DNA of 64,000 nt from Bacillota bacterium (lineage in GTDB: Bacteria; Bacillota; TC1), in assembly GCA_024635925.1 (NCBI GenBank), contig JAGXHY010000025.1, positions 27,940 through 91,939 on the forward strand. Reading direction: 5' to 3'. The notes below the pieces were generated by a model, which saw only the letters and a list, made by a program, of their open reading frames with translations, made no database searches and was not told where the DNA came from. Shown piece by piece: positions 40,429 to 50,391 of this stretch (the stretch's first letter is position 1; each line of letters starts with the position of its first letter). Position numbers and translations under genes: made by a program.

Positions 40429-40440
40429 TTTTCTCCTTAA

Positions 40441-40467
40441 AAGAAAAAAGACTGCTTACACAGTCTT
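40441..40467 (-). terminator. terminator after rplT
   Basis: AAGACTG-TGTAAG-CAGTCTT followed by TTTTCTTTT on the minus strand. The stem overlaps the rplT stop codon. Confidence 0.7.
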
Positions 40468-40822
40468 AATTTAAAGATTTTTTTGCAATATCTGTAAGTT
40501 GTTTAAATCCATTAGCATCAGTAACTGCTAAATCTGCTAAAATCTTTCGATTGACTTCTACACCAGCTACTTTTAAACCACTGATAAAACGACTATATGA
40601 TAATCCATTTATCCTGGCTGCAGCATTAATTCTTGTGATCCAAAGTCTTCTAAAATCACCTTGTCTTTTTCTTCTATGTGCATATGAATAGCTTAATGAT
40701 TTCATCACCTGTTCATTAGCTGGTCTATATAATCTTGATTTTGAACCAAAATATCCTTTTGCAAGTTTTAATATTTTCTTATGTCTTTTATGTAACGATA
40801 CGCTTGATTTTACTCTAGCCAT
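40466..40822 (-). CDS. rplT: 50S ribosomal protein L20
   Basis: [23 protein letters not shown]. Confidence 0.98.
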   Translation of the reverse strand: MARVKSSVSLHKRHKKILKLAKGYFGSKSRLYRPANEQVMKSLSYSYAHRRKRQGDFRRLWITRINAAARINGLSYSRFISGLKVAGVEVNRKILADLAVTDANGFKQLTDIAKKSLN

Positions 40823-40844
40823 ATTTCATTCCTCCTTTTCTATC

Positions 40845-41042
40845 CTAAATGTATGGTAATAATTTTTTAATCAGCTTTTGATGAGTTTTATCTACAAGAA
40901 CAGTTCCTCTAAGTTGTCTTTTTCTTTTAGGACTTTTCTTTTCTAGAATATGGCTTTTATTAGATTGCGCTCTTTTAAATAGGCCTGTACCTGTCTTTTT
41001 AAATCTTTTTGCAGCACCTCTATGCGTTTTCATTTTTGGCAT
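40845..41042 (-). CDS. rpmI: 50S ribosomal protein L35
   Basis: [19 protein letters not shown]. Confidence 0.98.
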   Translation of the reverse strand: MPKMKTHRGAAKRFKKTGTGLFKRAQSNKSHILEKKSPKRKRQLRGTVLVDKTHQKLIKKLLPYI

Positions 41043-41056
41043 TATTATTCCCCTCC

Positions 41057-41572
41057 TTATTTGTCACTTTTAGGTGATAAAATCATAATCATGTTTCTGC
41101 CTTCTCTCTTAGGAACTTTCTCAATATTTGAAATATCCTTAAGTAACTCAGAAGTCTTCTTGCATAATTCAAATCCTAACTCAGGATGATTCATCTCTCT
41201 ACCTCTAAACATTATCGTAACTTTAACCTTATGTCCTTCAAGCAAAAACTTTTCAATGGCTTTGTTTTTAACATTAAAATCATGTTCTTCAATCCCTAAT
41301 CTCATCTTGATTTCTTTTAAAGTTATTTGTTTCTGTTTCTTTTTGGCTTCTTTTTCCTTTTTTGCCTGATCAAACTTATATTTACCATAGTTCATTATCC
41401 TGCAAACAGGGGGTTTTGAGTTTGGAGATATCTCTACTAAATCCATATTTTTAGAAATAGCAAGTTCTAAAGCATCATTAGTATTCATAATGTTTAATTG
41501 TTCTCCATTTTCATCAATCACTCTGACTTCTTTGGCTCTGATCATTTCGTTAATTGAAACTTCTTTACTAAT
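41057..41572 (-). CDS. infC: translation initiation factor IF-3 (probable ATT start)
   Basis: [19 protein letters not shown]... is IF3. GAGGTG (41584-41579) lies 6 nt upstream of the in-frame ATT at 41572. The ATG at 41608 in the ORF track sits inside the upstream terminator hairpin. Confidence 0.9.
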   Translation of the reverse strand: MSKEVSINEMIRAKEVRVIDENGEQLNIMNTNDALELAISKNMDLVEISPNSKPPVCRIMNYGKYKFDQAKKEKEAKKKQKQITLKEIKMRLGIEEHDFNVKNKAIEKFLLEGHKVKVTIMFRGREMNHPELGFELCKKTSELLKDISNIEKVPKREGRNMIMILSPKSDK

Positions 41573-41588
41573 TATATTCACCTCTTCT

Positions 41589-41686
41589 ATAAAAAATACA
41601 GCAGACAAACGCCTGCTGTACTATAAATTACTTTATTTTACCTTTTTGGTAATACCATAAGGTGAGAAACAGGCCGTTTCTACTTC
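41589..41686 (-). promoter_or_regulatory. infC-rpmI-rplT leader with terminal attenuator hairpin (L20-leader-like)
   Basis: Hairpins GAAAC-GGCCT-GTTTC and CCTTATGGT-ATT-ACCAAAAAGG, followed by TACAGCAG-N8-CTGCTGTA plus TTTTTT immediately before the infC RBS. Confidence 0.55.
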
Positions 41687-41692
41687 TTTATT

Positions 41693-41721
41693 ATTGTATA
41701 CTTATTAGGTTATTATGTCAA
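41693..41721 (-). promoter_or_regulatory. promoter of the infC operon
   Basis: Minus strand TTGACA (41721-41716), 17 nt, then TACAAT (41698-41693). Confidence 0.7.
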
Positions 41722-41736
41722 CATTATTGTTAACAT

Positions 41737-42330
41737 TTAAATATCTTGAGGACTAGATATTTTTATGCCGCCCTTTGCCATCACAATCACTCTTTTTGTA
41801 CCTGAAAAGTTACAAGTAATCAACGTAAGAGTTTTTTGTCCTGGCACATCATTTAAAACACTAAGATTTGTTGGTTCTATAGTTTTCTTTATATATACTT
41901 CATATTCATATACACCAATACGAGTATACACTATAATTTTATCTCCGACTTTAAAGTCTTTAATATTCTTGAAAAATGTATTATCATGTGCAGCTATAGC
42001 TGAAGTTCCTGTCTTTTCCCAAACTTGTTCAGTATTGTTCATATGACCAGCAGCTATAGAAAGAATATAATCACTTGTTCCTTCTTTTATAGCTATTCGC
42101 TCATTATTAAAAGCTGGAAATTCTAAAACACCAGTAGTATCGCCTTGAAGAATTTTTTTTGTTGGTTTCTCTGTTACAGGTGTTTTTTGTAAAGATACCA
42201 TAAATTCATCAGTATGTTTTTCCATTTTTACTTCACTTATTTGATTTTGAGTAAAGAACCAAATGATTACTCCAATACCACTTATTATTAATAATATTCC
42301 GACAATCGTTAAAAATTTCCTAAGATTCAT
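41737..42330 (-). CDS. sortase family transpeptidase
   Basis: N-terminal TM anchor, catalytic His (IAAHDNTFF), the TLITC cysteine motif and a downstream Arg (TKRVIV). Confidence 0.85.
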   Translation of the reverse strand: MNLRKFLTIVGILLIISGIGVIIWFFTQNQISEVKMEKHTDEFMVSLQKTPVTEKPTKKILQGDTTGVLEFPAFNNERIAIKEGTSDYILSIAAGHMNNTEQVWEKTGTSAIAAHDNTFFKNIKDFKVGDKIIVYTRIGVYEYEVYIKKTIEPTNLSVLNDVPGQKTLTLITCNFSGTKRVIVMAKGGIKISSPQDI

Positions 42331-42338
42331 TAATTACC

Positions 42339-42791
42339 CTACCTTCCAGTATGGCCAAAACCACCACTACCTCTAGTAGTTACATCTAAATCTTTTACTA
42401 CTTCAACATCCATAATATGCACAGGTGCAATTATTAATTGCGCCATTCGTTCAAGTGGTTTTAATACAAAATTATTTTCAGATAAATTTATTAAAGGACA
42501 AAATATTTCTCCTCTATAATCACTATCTACAACACCTACACCATTAGCTAATCCCACTCCATATTTTGCAGCTAAGCCACTTCTAGCATATATTAAGGCT
42601 ACTGTATTTTTATTAACTAGACTTATTGCAATACCAGAAGGAATCAATTTACGCTCTCCAGGTTTTATAATTATTTCTTCAATAATTGCAGCCTTTAAAT
42701 CCATACCTGCAGAACCTTCAGTTTTATACTCAGGCAATAAATCTACACCTTCGTATATTTCAGAAACAATTTTAACTTTCAATTTATCCAT
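42339..42791 (-). CDS. dut: dUTP diphosphatase
   Basis: GSAGMDL, ARSGLA, GVVDSDYRGEI and GGFGHTG motifs. Confidence 0.96.
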   Translation of the reverse strand: MDKLKVKIVSEIYEGVDLLPEYKTEGSAGMDLKAAIIEEIIIKPGERKLIPSGIAISLVNKNTVALIYARSGLAAKYGVGLANGVGVVDSDYRGEIFCPLINLSENNFVLKPLERMAQLIIAPVHIMDVEVVKDLDVTTRGSGGFGHTGR

Positions 42792-44055
42792 GTAATTCCT
42801 CCCATTTAACAGCTATTTTCTTTGTTCCTTTTGGCCCAAGAATACAAGCATTAAGATTTTCTTTCTTAAAATATCTTTTAATAAATATAGATATTTCTTT
42901 ATATGTGATATTTTCAATAGAACTCACCATAGATTCAATACCTTTAAAACTATTATTATAAATATAATCTATAGCCATTTTAAACATAATGTTCTGTGGA
43001 TTTTCAAAAGCCATTAAAATTTGGCTTTTAATCTGTTTTTTAGTTCTATTAAACTCTTCAACATCAATCCCAAATTCAAAAATATTATTTACTATTTCAA
43101 AAACTCCATCTAGTGCTAGTTCAAAATTTTCCACATTAGCTCCACCACTAATTAAAAGTTCTCCTGTGTTTTGATAGGCTGTTATGCAACTGCTAATGTC
43201 ATAGCATAAAGATCTTTTTTCTCTCAATTCTTGGAAAAGATGTGAACTACTACTTCCACCAAGTATATTATTTAATAACACTAATATATTGTAGTTAGGA
43301 TTTTTCTTCCCCAAACCTTCCATTCCTATAGCGAAATAAATTTGATTAATATTAGATTTTTCAAAAACCTTTATACCAAAATTATTTGATTTTTCTAGAA
43401 TGTTTGGATTTATAGTGTCCCCTTTATAATATATCAATTTAGAAAACAATTTTTCAATTAAACAAATTAAACTCTCATCATAATTTCCCGTTACTGTAAT
43501 TATAATATTTTCTGGACGGTAATGCTTTATAAAATATTCAAGTAAAATTTCTTTATTAATTTTTGCTAGGAGCTTTTTATTCCCCAATATACTATAACCT
43601 AATTTTGTGTTTTTAAATAAGTTCTTAGAAAACTCTTCTTGAATAAAACTATCAGAATCATCCTCATACATGTTTATTTCTTCTAATATTACTTTTTTTT
43701 CTTTTTCAATTTCTAATTCATCAAAGTTACTATTTGTAATCATATCAAAAAGGACATCTAAAGCTGTTTCCGCTTCTTCCTTTAAAGTTTTAGTATAAAA
43801 AGCTGTAAATTCATAAGTTGTATAAGCATTAATAATACCACCTATACCATCTATTTCTTGAGCAATTTCTTTTGCACTTCTTTTTTTCGTTCCTTTAAAA
43901 AGCATGTGCTCCAAAAAGTGAGCACAGCCGTAGTTCTTATCTATTTCATTTTTCGTTCCTGATTTTACAAATATACCAATATTTGTAGTAAAAATATTTT
44001 CTATTTTATACGATAATATTTTCAGTTTATTATCAAGTTCTATTTCTTTGTACAA
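42784..44055 (-). CDS. M16 family (insulinase-type) zinc peptidase
   Basis: HFLEHMLFKGT (HxxEH) zinc motif. 423 aa, TTG start. Confidence 0.88.
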   Translation of the reverse strand: MYKEIELDNKLKILSYKIENIFTTNIGIFVKSGTKNEIDKNYGCAHFLEHMLFKGTKKRSAKEIAQEIDGIGGIINAYTTYEFTAFYTKTLKEEAETALDVLFDMITNSNFDELEIEKEKKVILEEINMYEDDSDSFIQEEFSKNLFKNTKLGYSILGNKKLLAKINKEILLEYFIKHYRPENIIITVTGNYDESLICLIEKLFSKLIYYKGDTINPNILEKSNNFGIKVFEKSNINQIYFAIGMEGLGKKNPNYNILVLLNNILGGSSSSHLFQELREKRSLCYDISSCITAYQNTGELLISGGANVENFELALDGVFEIVNNIFEFGIDVEEFNRTKKQIKSQILMAFENPQNIMFKMAIDYIYNNSFKGIESMVSSIENITYKEISIFIKRYFKKENLNACILGPKGTKKIAVKWEELHG

Positions 44056-44066
44056 AAATTATTCCC

Positions 44067-45686
44067 CTACTCTAATGAAAGAAAATAAAAGTACACTGGT
44101 TGTTTACCTTCATAGACTAAAACATCCAAGTCTTTATATTTGCTCTCGATTCGCTCTTTTAATTTATTTGCCTCTGCTTCACTTACCTTATCACCATAAT
44201 AAATCGTCATTATTTCATTATCATCATAAGCTTGTTTTAAATATTCATCAACAGCTTCATCAATTGTATTTTTCGCTGCAATAATAGAATTTCCTCTAAT
44301 TGCTAGAATTTGATCTTTTTTTATTTTCAAGCCATTATTTTTAGTATCTCTTACTGCATATGTAATTGCACCAGTATCAACTGTGTTAAAAGCCTCTTTC
44401 ATCAATAATAGGTTTTCTCTAGAATTTTTTTCTTCATTAAAAGCTAAAATACTTGTAAAACCTTGTTGTATATTAACTGAAGGAACTACCACAATTTTCT
44501 TATAATTATTTAATGCAATCGTTTGTTCCGCAGATAAGATAATGTTTTTATTATTCGGGAAAACATATACAACCTTAGCTGGGACAGCATCAATGGCTTG
44601 TTGTATGTCATGAGTACTAGGATTCATTGTCTGTCCACCATCAAGAACTGCATCTACCCCCATACTTTTAGCTATATCAGCAAGTCCTATCCCTGGAACA
44701 ACCATTACAAAACCATAATCTTTAAATTTAATAGGTTTTTTTTCTATTTTTTTACTTTTTGCAAGAAATTGTTCCTTCATATTCTCTATTTTAATATTTG
44801 TTACATTGCCAACACTTAAGGCATAGTCTAATACTTTTCCTGGTACATTTGAATGTATATGGACTTTAGCTATACCTTCAGCAACTATTGTAACTAAACT
44901 ATCTCCTATATCAGGATCATCTAATTTATTTCTTAATATTTCATTATCTACTTTAGGATCTAAGATTATGAACTCTGTGCAATAAGTATATTTAATATCA
45001 TCTATATTGTGATAAGTTTGGTCAACAATTGGTGAATCAATAACAATATCCTGAGTATCCACAACTAGAGATTGTCCCATAGCTGTTTTATACATACCTT
45101 CAAGTATTATTAATAAGCCATAACCTCCAGCATCGACTACCCCTGCTTCTTTTAGTACAGGTAACAAGTTTGGTGTTTCATCAAGAGCTATTTGACCAGC
45201 ATTTATACTTTGTTCTAATACAAAATACATATCATTCTTCTTTTTAAGAGCTTCTTCTGCTCCTTCACTAATACCATCCATAACAGTTAATATCGTCCCT
45301 TTAACAGGTTTTTTTACCGCTTTATAAGCTATTTCTGTTCCTATTTTGAAACATTCAGATAAAACAGCTCCATCAACTGCTCCTTTTCCATGCATACCAA
45401 CAGATATTCCTCTAAATATTTGTGATAGTATAACACCAGAATTTCCTCGTGCACCTAATAAAGCACCTTTTGAAAGTGCTTCAGCAAATTCCGTGAAGTT
45501 TTTAGGTTCACTCTCTTCAATTGTTTTTATAGCAGAATGCATAGTTAAATACATATTAGTACCAGTATCGCCATCTGGAACGGGAAATACATTAAGATTA
45601 TTCACTTCTTCTTTTTTATTTTCTAAATAGGCTAATGCACCTATAAATATCTTTTTTATTTCACCTACATCAGTTATCGCTTTCAA
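44067..45686 (-). CDS. yloV: DAK2 domain-containing protein (YloV family)
   Basis: NVFPVPDGDTGTNM and ARGNSGVILSQ motifs. It keeps the conserved pairing with the Asp23-like gene and divergent rpmB. Confidence 0.9.
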   Translation of the reverse strand: MKAITDVGEIKKIFIGALAYLENKKEEVNNLNVFPVPDGDTGTNMYLTMHSAIKTIEESEPKNFTEFAEALSKGALLGARGNSGVILSQIFRGISVGMHGKGAVDGAVLSECFKIGTEIAYKAVKKPVKGTILTVMDGISEGAEEALKKKNDMYFVLEQSINAGQIALDETPNLLPVLKEAGVVDAGGYGLLIILEGMYKTAMGQSLVVDTQDIVIDSPIVDQTYHNIDDIKYTYCTEFIILDPKVDNEILRNKLDDPDIGDSLVTIVAEGIAKVHIHSNVPGKVLDYALSVGNVTNIKIENMKEQFLAKSKKIEKKPIKFKDYGFVMVVPGIGLADIAKSMGVDAVLDGGQTMNPSTHDIQQAIDAVPAKVVYVFPNNKNIILSAEQTIALNNYKKIVVVPSVNIQQGFTSILAFNEEKNSRENLLLMKEAFNTVDTGAITYAVRDTKNNGLKIKKDQILAIRGNSIIAAKNTIDEAVDEYLKQAYDDNEIMTIYYGDKVSEAEANKLKERIESKYKDLDVLVYEGKQPVYFYFLSLE

Positions 45687-45703
45687 TAATAAAATCCTCT
45701 TTC

Positions 45704-46060
45704 TTAATTTACTATAGCTATATCATCTACATAAATATTTATAATTTTTTCCATATGAGGAATATAGTGCTCTACTGCATAACTCACTTGATCCATAATA
45801 TTTTGAGCAATTGCATCAATTTTACCACCATAAGCTAAAATAACATGAACATTAATTTCACATAAACCTTCTTTGTATACAACTTCTACACCTTTATCAT
45901 ATTGTTCTTTACCTAAAAATTTTTGTATACCTTCTTTGAAATTTTTGGAAACCATTCCTACAACACCATAACACTCAACTGCTGCTTTGCCGGCTACTTT
46001 GCTAACTAAGTTCTCAGAAATATCAATTTTACCCTCTTGTGTTATTTTAAGTTCTACCAT
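45704..46060 (-). CDS. Asp23/Gls24 family envelope stress protein (YloU-like)
   Basis: ISENLVSKVAGKAAVECYGVVGM motif. The start is trimmed to ATG at 46060, with GAGGGAGGAA upstream. Confidence 0.88.
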   Translation of the reverse strand: MVELKITQEGKIDISENLVSKVAGKAAVECYGVVGMVSKNFKEGIQKFLGKEQYDKGVEVVYKEGLCEINVHVILAYGGKIDAIAQNIMDQVSYAVEHYIPHMEKIINIYVDDIAIVN

Positions 46061-46164
46061 TCCAAATTCCTCCCTCATTAAGAAACTATCTATTTCTTAT
46101 TATTATATCAGATATATTAAAAATAAAAAACCTCGTAAACTTATATTATTTTCAAAATATGAAC

Positions 46165-46193
46165 TTGATTTCTTATTTTACATTTGCTATAAT
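46165..46193 (+). promoter_or_regulatory. rpmB promoter
   Basis: TTGATT, 17 nt, then TATAAT. Confidence 0.65.
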
Positions 46194-46244
46194 TTTAGAG
46201 TATTGATATATGATATATTTCGTTTGTGATAGGAGGTGCCAAAT

Positions 46245-46430
46245 ATGGCAAAATGCGAGATTTGTGGAAAAGGTCAAATGTCCGGTAATAATGTTAGCCA
46301 CTCTCATGTTAAAACAAAAAGAAAGTGGAACCCAAACATTCAACCAGTAAAAGCTACAGTTGCTGGAGCTTCAAAAAGACTTAATGTATGCAGCCGATGC
46401 CTACGTTCTGGCAAAGTGGAAAGAGCTTAA
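46245..46430 (+). CDS. rpmB: 50S ribosomal protein L28
   Basis: [10 protein letters not shown]...GNNVSHS..KTKR.W.PN. AGGAGGTG upstream of ATG at 46245. Confidence 0.97.
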   Translation: MAKCEICGKGQMSGNNVSHSHVKTKRKWNPNIQPVKATVAGASKRLNVCSRCLRSGKVERA

Positions 46431-46490
46431 TAGACAACCTAGTGTTGTTTTCTTACTGGAACAAACATTTTAATATAGTCTTAAATTTAA

Positions 46491-46522
46491 ATGAGCAGGT
46501 TAACCTGCTCATTTTTATTTTT
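46491..46522 (+). terminator. rpmB terminator (may also serve the convergent minus-strand gene)
   Basis: ATGAGCAGG-TTAA-CCTGCTCAT followed by TTTTTATTTTT. Confidence 0.85.
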
Positions 46523-46991
46523 ATATGTCTGTAATCTTTGGCTCAATAACTTTGTCAGTAATAATTTTTATTTCTGTTATGTCTTTTTTTACTATTTCAG
46601 GAAGAGTTATATCAATTTTTGTTATAGTCCCCTCGCTATCTTCAATTTCCAGCACATTTGAAACTTTATCTGGATCAAAAAAATCAAAAACAATCTCTAA
46701 AGAATCACCTTTATTTAAACTTGGTTTATGAAATCCATTCAAAGGATAATATGATAATTTATCATCATCAACTAACCTCACATAACTAAAGGGATCAATA
46801 TCTTTTCCTGAAAAAACACCTGCCATTACTTTAATTTTTGCTTTATTATCCTCTACAGTAGTGCTAGTAACAGCATATCTTACATCAACTTCTACTGATT
46901 TTTTATTATCTTTTATTACCAATATAATAATTGAAGCAACTGATAATAACAATAATAATATAGATAACAGAATTATCAGCTTGTTTTTCAC
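46521..46991 (-). CDS. membrane-anchored protein of unknown function (156 aa)
   Basis: GTG start with AAGGAG 6 nt upstream, 12 nt after the pnp stop. One N-terminal TM helix followed by a soluble beta-rich-looking domain. No motif recognised. Confidence 0.6.
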   Translation of the reverse strand: MKNKLIILLSILLLLLSVASIIILVIKDNKKSVEVDVRYAVTSTTVEDNKAKIKVMAGVFSGKDIDPFSYVRLVDDDKLSYYPLNGFHKPSLNKGDSLEIVFDFFDPDKVSNVLEIEDSEGTITKIDITLPEIVKKDITEIKIITDKVIEPKITDI

Positions 46992-47003
46992 AACTAACTC
47001 CTT

Positions 47004-49163
47004 CTATTCTTTTTCCAACATAGCAGCTTTTCTAGAAAGTTTTAATCTACCTTTATCGTCAAAACCTAAAGCTTTCACTAATATTTCGTCCCCTTCTTTC
47101 ACTATGTCTTCTACTTTATTCACTCTATTTACATCTAATGCAGATATGTGAACTAATCCTTCTCTACCAGTATTTCCATAAACTCCTTCAATAACTTCTA
47201 CAAAAGCTCCAAAATCTGTTACTTTTTTAACTTTTCCTAAATATACTTTGCCAACTTCTACTTCTGCGCATATTTTATTTAAAATATTTATTGCTTTATC
47301 TAATCCTTCTTGTGCAACCCCTGCAATTTCAACTCTTCCACTATCATCAATATTAATTGCTACGCCTGTATCTTCAATAATCTTCTTAATCATTTTTCCA
47401 CCAGGTCCAATGATTTCTCTGATTTTATCAGGATGAACATCCATAGATATAATTTTAGGTGCATACGGTGATAATAATTCTTTATGTGATTTTAATGTTT
47501 CATTCATAATATCCATTATATGCATACGTCCTGCCTTTGCATGTTCAAGTGCTGTTTCTAATATTTCTCTACTGATTCCATCTATTTTAATATCCATTTG
47601 TAAAGCTGTTACTCCATCTTTAGTTCCAGCTACTTTAAAGTCCATATCTCCTAGATGATCTTCCATACCTTGGATATCAGTAAGAATCGCAATTTTATCA
47701 CCTTTTTTTATTAGGCCCATTGCTATTCCTGACACTTGTCCTAAAATAGGAACACCAGCAGACATCAATGAAAGAGAACTTCCACATACACTACCCATAG
47801 AAGTAGAACCATTGGAGCTAAGCGCTTCAGATACCACTCGCATCACATATGGAAAATCTTCTTGTGAAGGTAAAACTGGAATAATTGCTCTTTCTGCTAA
47901 ATTACCATGTCCAATCTCTCTTCTTCCAGGACCTCTCATAGGCTTTGTTTCACCTACACTAAAAGCGGGGAAATTATAATGATGTATATATCTTTTTGAA
48001 GTTGCTGTATTTATATCGTCAATTATTTGTTCATCACTATTAGGTCCTAATGTTACTACACTTAGAACTTGTGTCTCACCTCTAGTAAATAAAGCTGATC
48101 CGTGAGTTCTAGGAAGAACATCAATCTCACATGTAATTGGTCTAACTTGAGTCAATTTTCTATTATCAATTCTTATTTGTCTATCTAACATTAAATCTCT
48201 AAATGATTCCTTTTCAATTTCACCAAATAATTCCTTAAACCATCTCATTTGTTCTGGTTGTCCAGCTAGAACATCATCTTTATCAGCAAAATAGTCTTTA
48301 ACTAATGATTCTTTTAAAAGACTTAATTTTTCATCTCTTGGTTGTTTAGCAAGATTTTCAGATAGAATTTCTTCTATACTTTGATTAACTGCAGGAGTTA
48401 TTACAGATTTAAAATTCTCAATAACTTTTTGGTCTTTTTCTTCTGGTGTGTATACAAATTTATTCTTACATAGTCCAAGTTTATCAGCTTCATTTCTGAA
48501 GTCTACAATAAAATCAACTAATTTTTTAATTTCTTCATGTCCAAATAAGATAGCTTCTAACATAATACTTTCAGGTACTATTTTAGCACCAGCTTCTACC
48601 ATCATAACTGCATCTTTAGTCCCTGCTACTATAAGATTTATTAGCGATACTTCCCTTTGCTCTAAATTTGGGTTTATAATAAATTCTTCATTAATATAGC
48701 CTACTCTTACAGCACCTATCGGACCATTAAATGGTGCACTTGATAGGTGTAAAGCAGCTGAAGCTGAGTTCATCGCCAAAATATCTGGTTCGTTATCATC
48801 TTCTACTGATAAAACTGTACAAACGATTTGAATATCATTTTTATAACCATCTGGAAATAAAGGTCTAATAGGTCTGTCTATTAATCTAGCTGTAAGAATA
48901 GATCTTTCTCCAGCTCTGCCTTCTCTTTTAATAAAGCCACCTGGTATTTTCCCTGCAGCATACATTTTTTCTTCTACATCAATAGTTAGGGGAAAGAAGT
49001 CAGTTCCTTCTCTTGGTTTTTTAGCTACTGAAGCAGCGGCTAATACTACTGTATCACCATATGTCCCTAATACAGCCCCAGATGCAAGTTTTGCCATTCT
49101 TCCTGTCTCCAGTGTGAATGTGTCATTTCCTAATTGAATTTTTTTAATTAATGGATTGTTCAC
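47004..49163 (-). CDS. pnp: polyribonucleotide nucleotidyltransferase (PNPase)
   Basis: Two RNase PH domains, a KH domain ([11 protein letters not shown]) and an S1 domain ([14 protein letters not shown]). GTG start with GGAGGA upstream. Confidence 0.98.
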   Translation of the reverse strand: MNNPLIKKIQLGNDTFTLETGRMAKLASGAVLGTYGDTVVLAAASVAKKPREGTDFFPLTIDVEEKMYAAGKIPGGFIKREGRAGERSILTARLIDRPIRPLFPDGYKNDIQIVCTVLSVEDDNEPDILAMNSASAALHLSSAPFNGPIGAVRVGYINEEFIINPNLEQREVSLINLIVAGTKDAVMMVEAGAKIVPESIMLEAILFGHEEIKKLVDFIVDFRNEADKLGLCKNKFVYTPEEKDQKVIENFKSVITPAVNQSIEEILSENLAKQPRDEKLSLLKESLVKDYFADKDDVLAGQPEQMRWFKELFGEIEKESFRDLMLDRQIRIDNRKLTQVRPITCEIDVLPRTHGSALFTRGETQVLSVVTLGPNSDEQIIDDINTATSKRYIHHYNFPAFSVGETKPMRGPGRREIGHGNLAERAIIPVLPSQEDFPYVMRVVSEALSSNGSTSMGSVCGSSLSLMSAGVPILGQVSGIAMGLIKKGDKIAILTDIQGMEDHLGDMDFKVAGTKDGVTALQMDIKIDGISREILETALEHAKAGRMHIMDIMNETLKSHKELLSPYAPKIISMDVHPDKIREIIGPGGKMIKKIIEDTGVAINIDDSGRVEIAGVAQEGLDKAINILNKICAEVEVGKVYLGKVKKVTDFGAFVEVIEGVYGNTGREGLVHISALDVNRVNKVEDIVKEGDEILVKALGFDDKGRLKLSRKAAMLEKE

Positions 49164-49216
49164 TTGGTTTCCTCCAAATCTTTCTCTTCATTTCATTCTT
49201 CTATATAATCTCCTTA

Positions 49217-49245
49217 ATTGTACCTTAATTTCCCTTTTCAAGCAA
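49217..49245 (-). promoter_or_regulatory. pnp promoter
   Basis: Minus strand TTGCTT (49245-49240), 17 nt, then TACAAT (49222-49217). Confidence 0.6.
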
Positions 49246-49248
49246 TAG

Positions 49249-49280
49249 TAAAGGGAAGCTAGTTAAATAGCTTCCCTTTA
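49249..49280 (-). terminator. 13-bp perfect-stem hairpin after the Wzz-like gene (probable terminator/insulator)
   Basis: TAAAGGGAAGCTA-N6-TAGCTTCCCTTTA. There is no clean U-tract on the minus strand. Confidence 0.45.
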
Positions 49281-49303
49281 TTTAAATTATAATTTAAATA
49301 TTA

Positions 49304-49921
49304 TTATTTCATTTTATATTTATTACTTTTATAATACTCTAATAAAATAGAAAAAGTTACTGATCCCATAAGACCAACTGTAAAAGCAATAGTTAAATTT
49401 CTATATATATTTTGTTTTATAGGTTCTTCAGGAAAAATGGGTCTTTCAATTACTGTGAATTTCCATTCTGGATAATATTGGTTGGCTACTTCTATAAACG
49501 CAGTTTGATATGCTTGAATTCCTAAATATGCATAACTAGGTTTTTCACTAATAATATTAAAGTTAATAATCATTGTCCCATCATCCAACTCTACATTTAA
49601 AGCTTCAGTATATTCATCAGAATCCATTTCACCAAACTTTAAAGCTGCATTTTCCGCTACAGAATTTGTCCTAGCTATACCAATAAATGTAGCCATTGGG
49701 TTTGAATAATTATTCATGTCAATCAATCCAGTATCCATAGTATTATCCTTCACTGCTATCACCTTCATATTTGCTTCATATCTTTGTTCAAATGTAACAG
49801 TACTTATAATAAATGTTGCAATTACTACTGAAATTGTAATAACCATTATGAGTATCCAGTTTTTTTTAATTTTTTTTAATAAATCAATATAATCTATTTC
49901 TTTTTCAGTTATTTCTTCCAC
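49304..49921 (-). CDS. Wzz/YveK-type chain-length-determinant-like membrane protein
   Basis: N-terminal EIDYIDLLKKIKKNWILIMVITISVV (Wzz-type motif plus TM1), a periplasmic-type middle region and a C-terminal TM (LTIAFTVGLMGSVTFSILL). GTG start with GGGGGAG upstream. Confidence 0.6.
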   Translation of the reverse strand: MEEITEKEIDYIDLLKKIKKNWILIMVITISVVIATFIISTVTFEQRYEANMKVIAVKDNTMDTGLIDMNNYSNPMATFIGIARTNSVAENAALKFGEMDSDEYTEALNVELDDGTMIINFNIISEKPSYAYLGIQAYQTAFIEVANQYYPEWKFTVIERPIFPEEPIKQNIYRNLTIAFTVGLMGSVTFSILLEYYKSNKYKMK

Positions 49922-50065
49922 AATATCTCCCCCATTTTAATTAACTATATTTATAATTCCAAATACATAATTATGATTATAACATAGATTTTAAAATTTG
50001 TAATTATTATCATAATTTTATGTCTAGTAGTGATAAATTTATTTCATTATTAACTATTAATCTTA

Positions 50066-50102
50066 GAAATAAAAAGCAAACACAGTGTAAACTATGTTTG
50101 CT
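50066..50102 (-). terminator. rpsO terminator
   Basis: AGCAAACA-N12-TGTTTGCT followed by TTTTTATTT on the minus strand. Confidence 0.8.
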
Positions 50103-50127
50103 AGCTAAAATTTATATTATTATAAAT

Positions 50128-50391
50128 TTACTTTCTTAAACCAAGTCTTGTAATAATACTTCTGTATCTATCAAAGTCATTTTTCTCTAAGTAATTTAAG
50201 AATCTTCTTCTTTGACCAATAAGCATTAATAAGCCTCTTGTAGTATGAAAATCTTTTTTATGTATTTTCAAGTGTGCTGTCAAATAAGTAATTCTGTTTG
50301 TGAGTAAAGCGATTTGAACCTCTGGTGAACCAGTGTCCCCTTCTTTAGTTTTATACTTTTCTATGATATCTTTCTTTTCAATCTTTTCCAT
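50128..50391 (-). CDS. rpsO: 30S ribosomal protein S15
   Basis: [29 protein letters not shown]. Confidence 0.98.
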   Translation of the reverse strand: MEKIEKKDIIEKYKTKEGDTGSPEVQIALLTNRITYLTAHLKIHKKDFHTTRGLLMLIGQRRRFLNYLEKNDFDRYRSIITRLGLRK

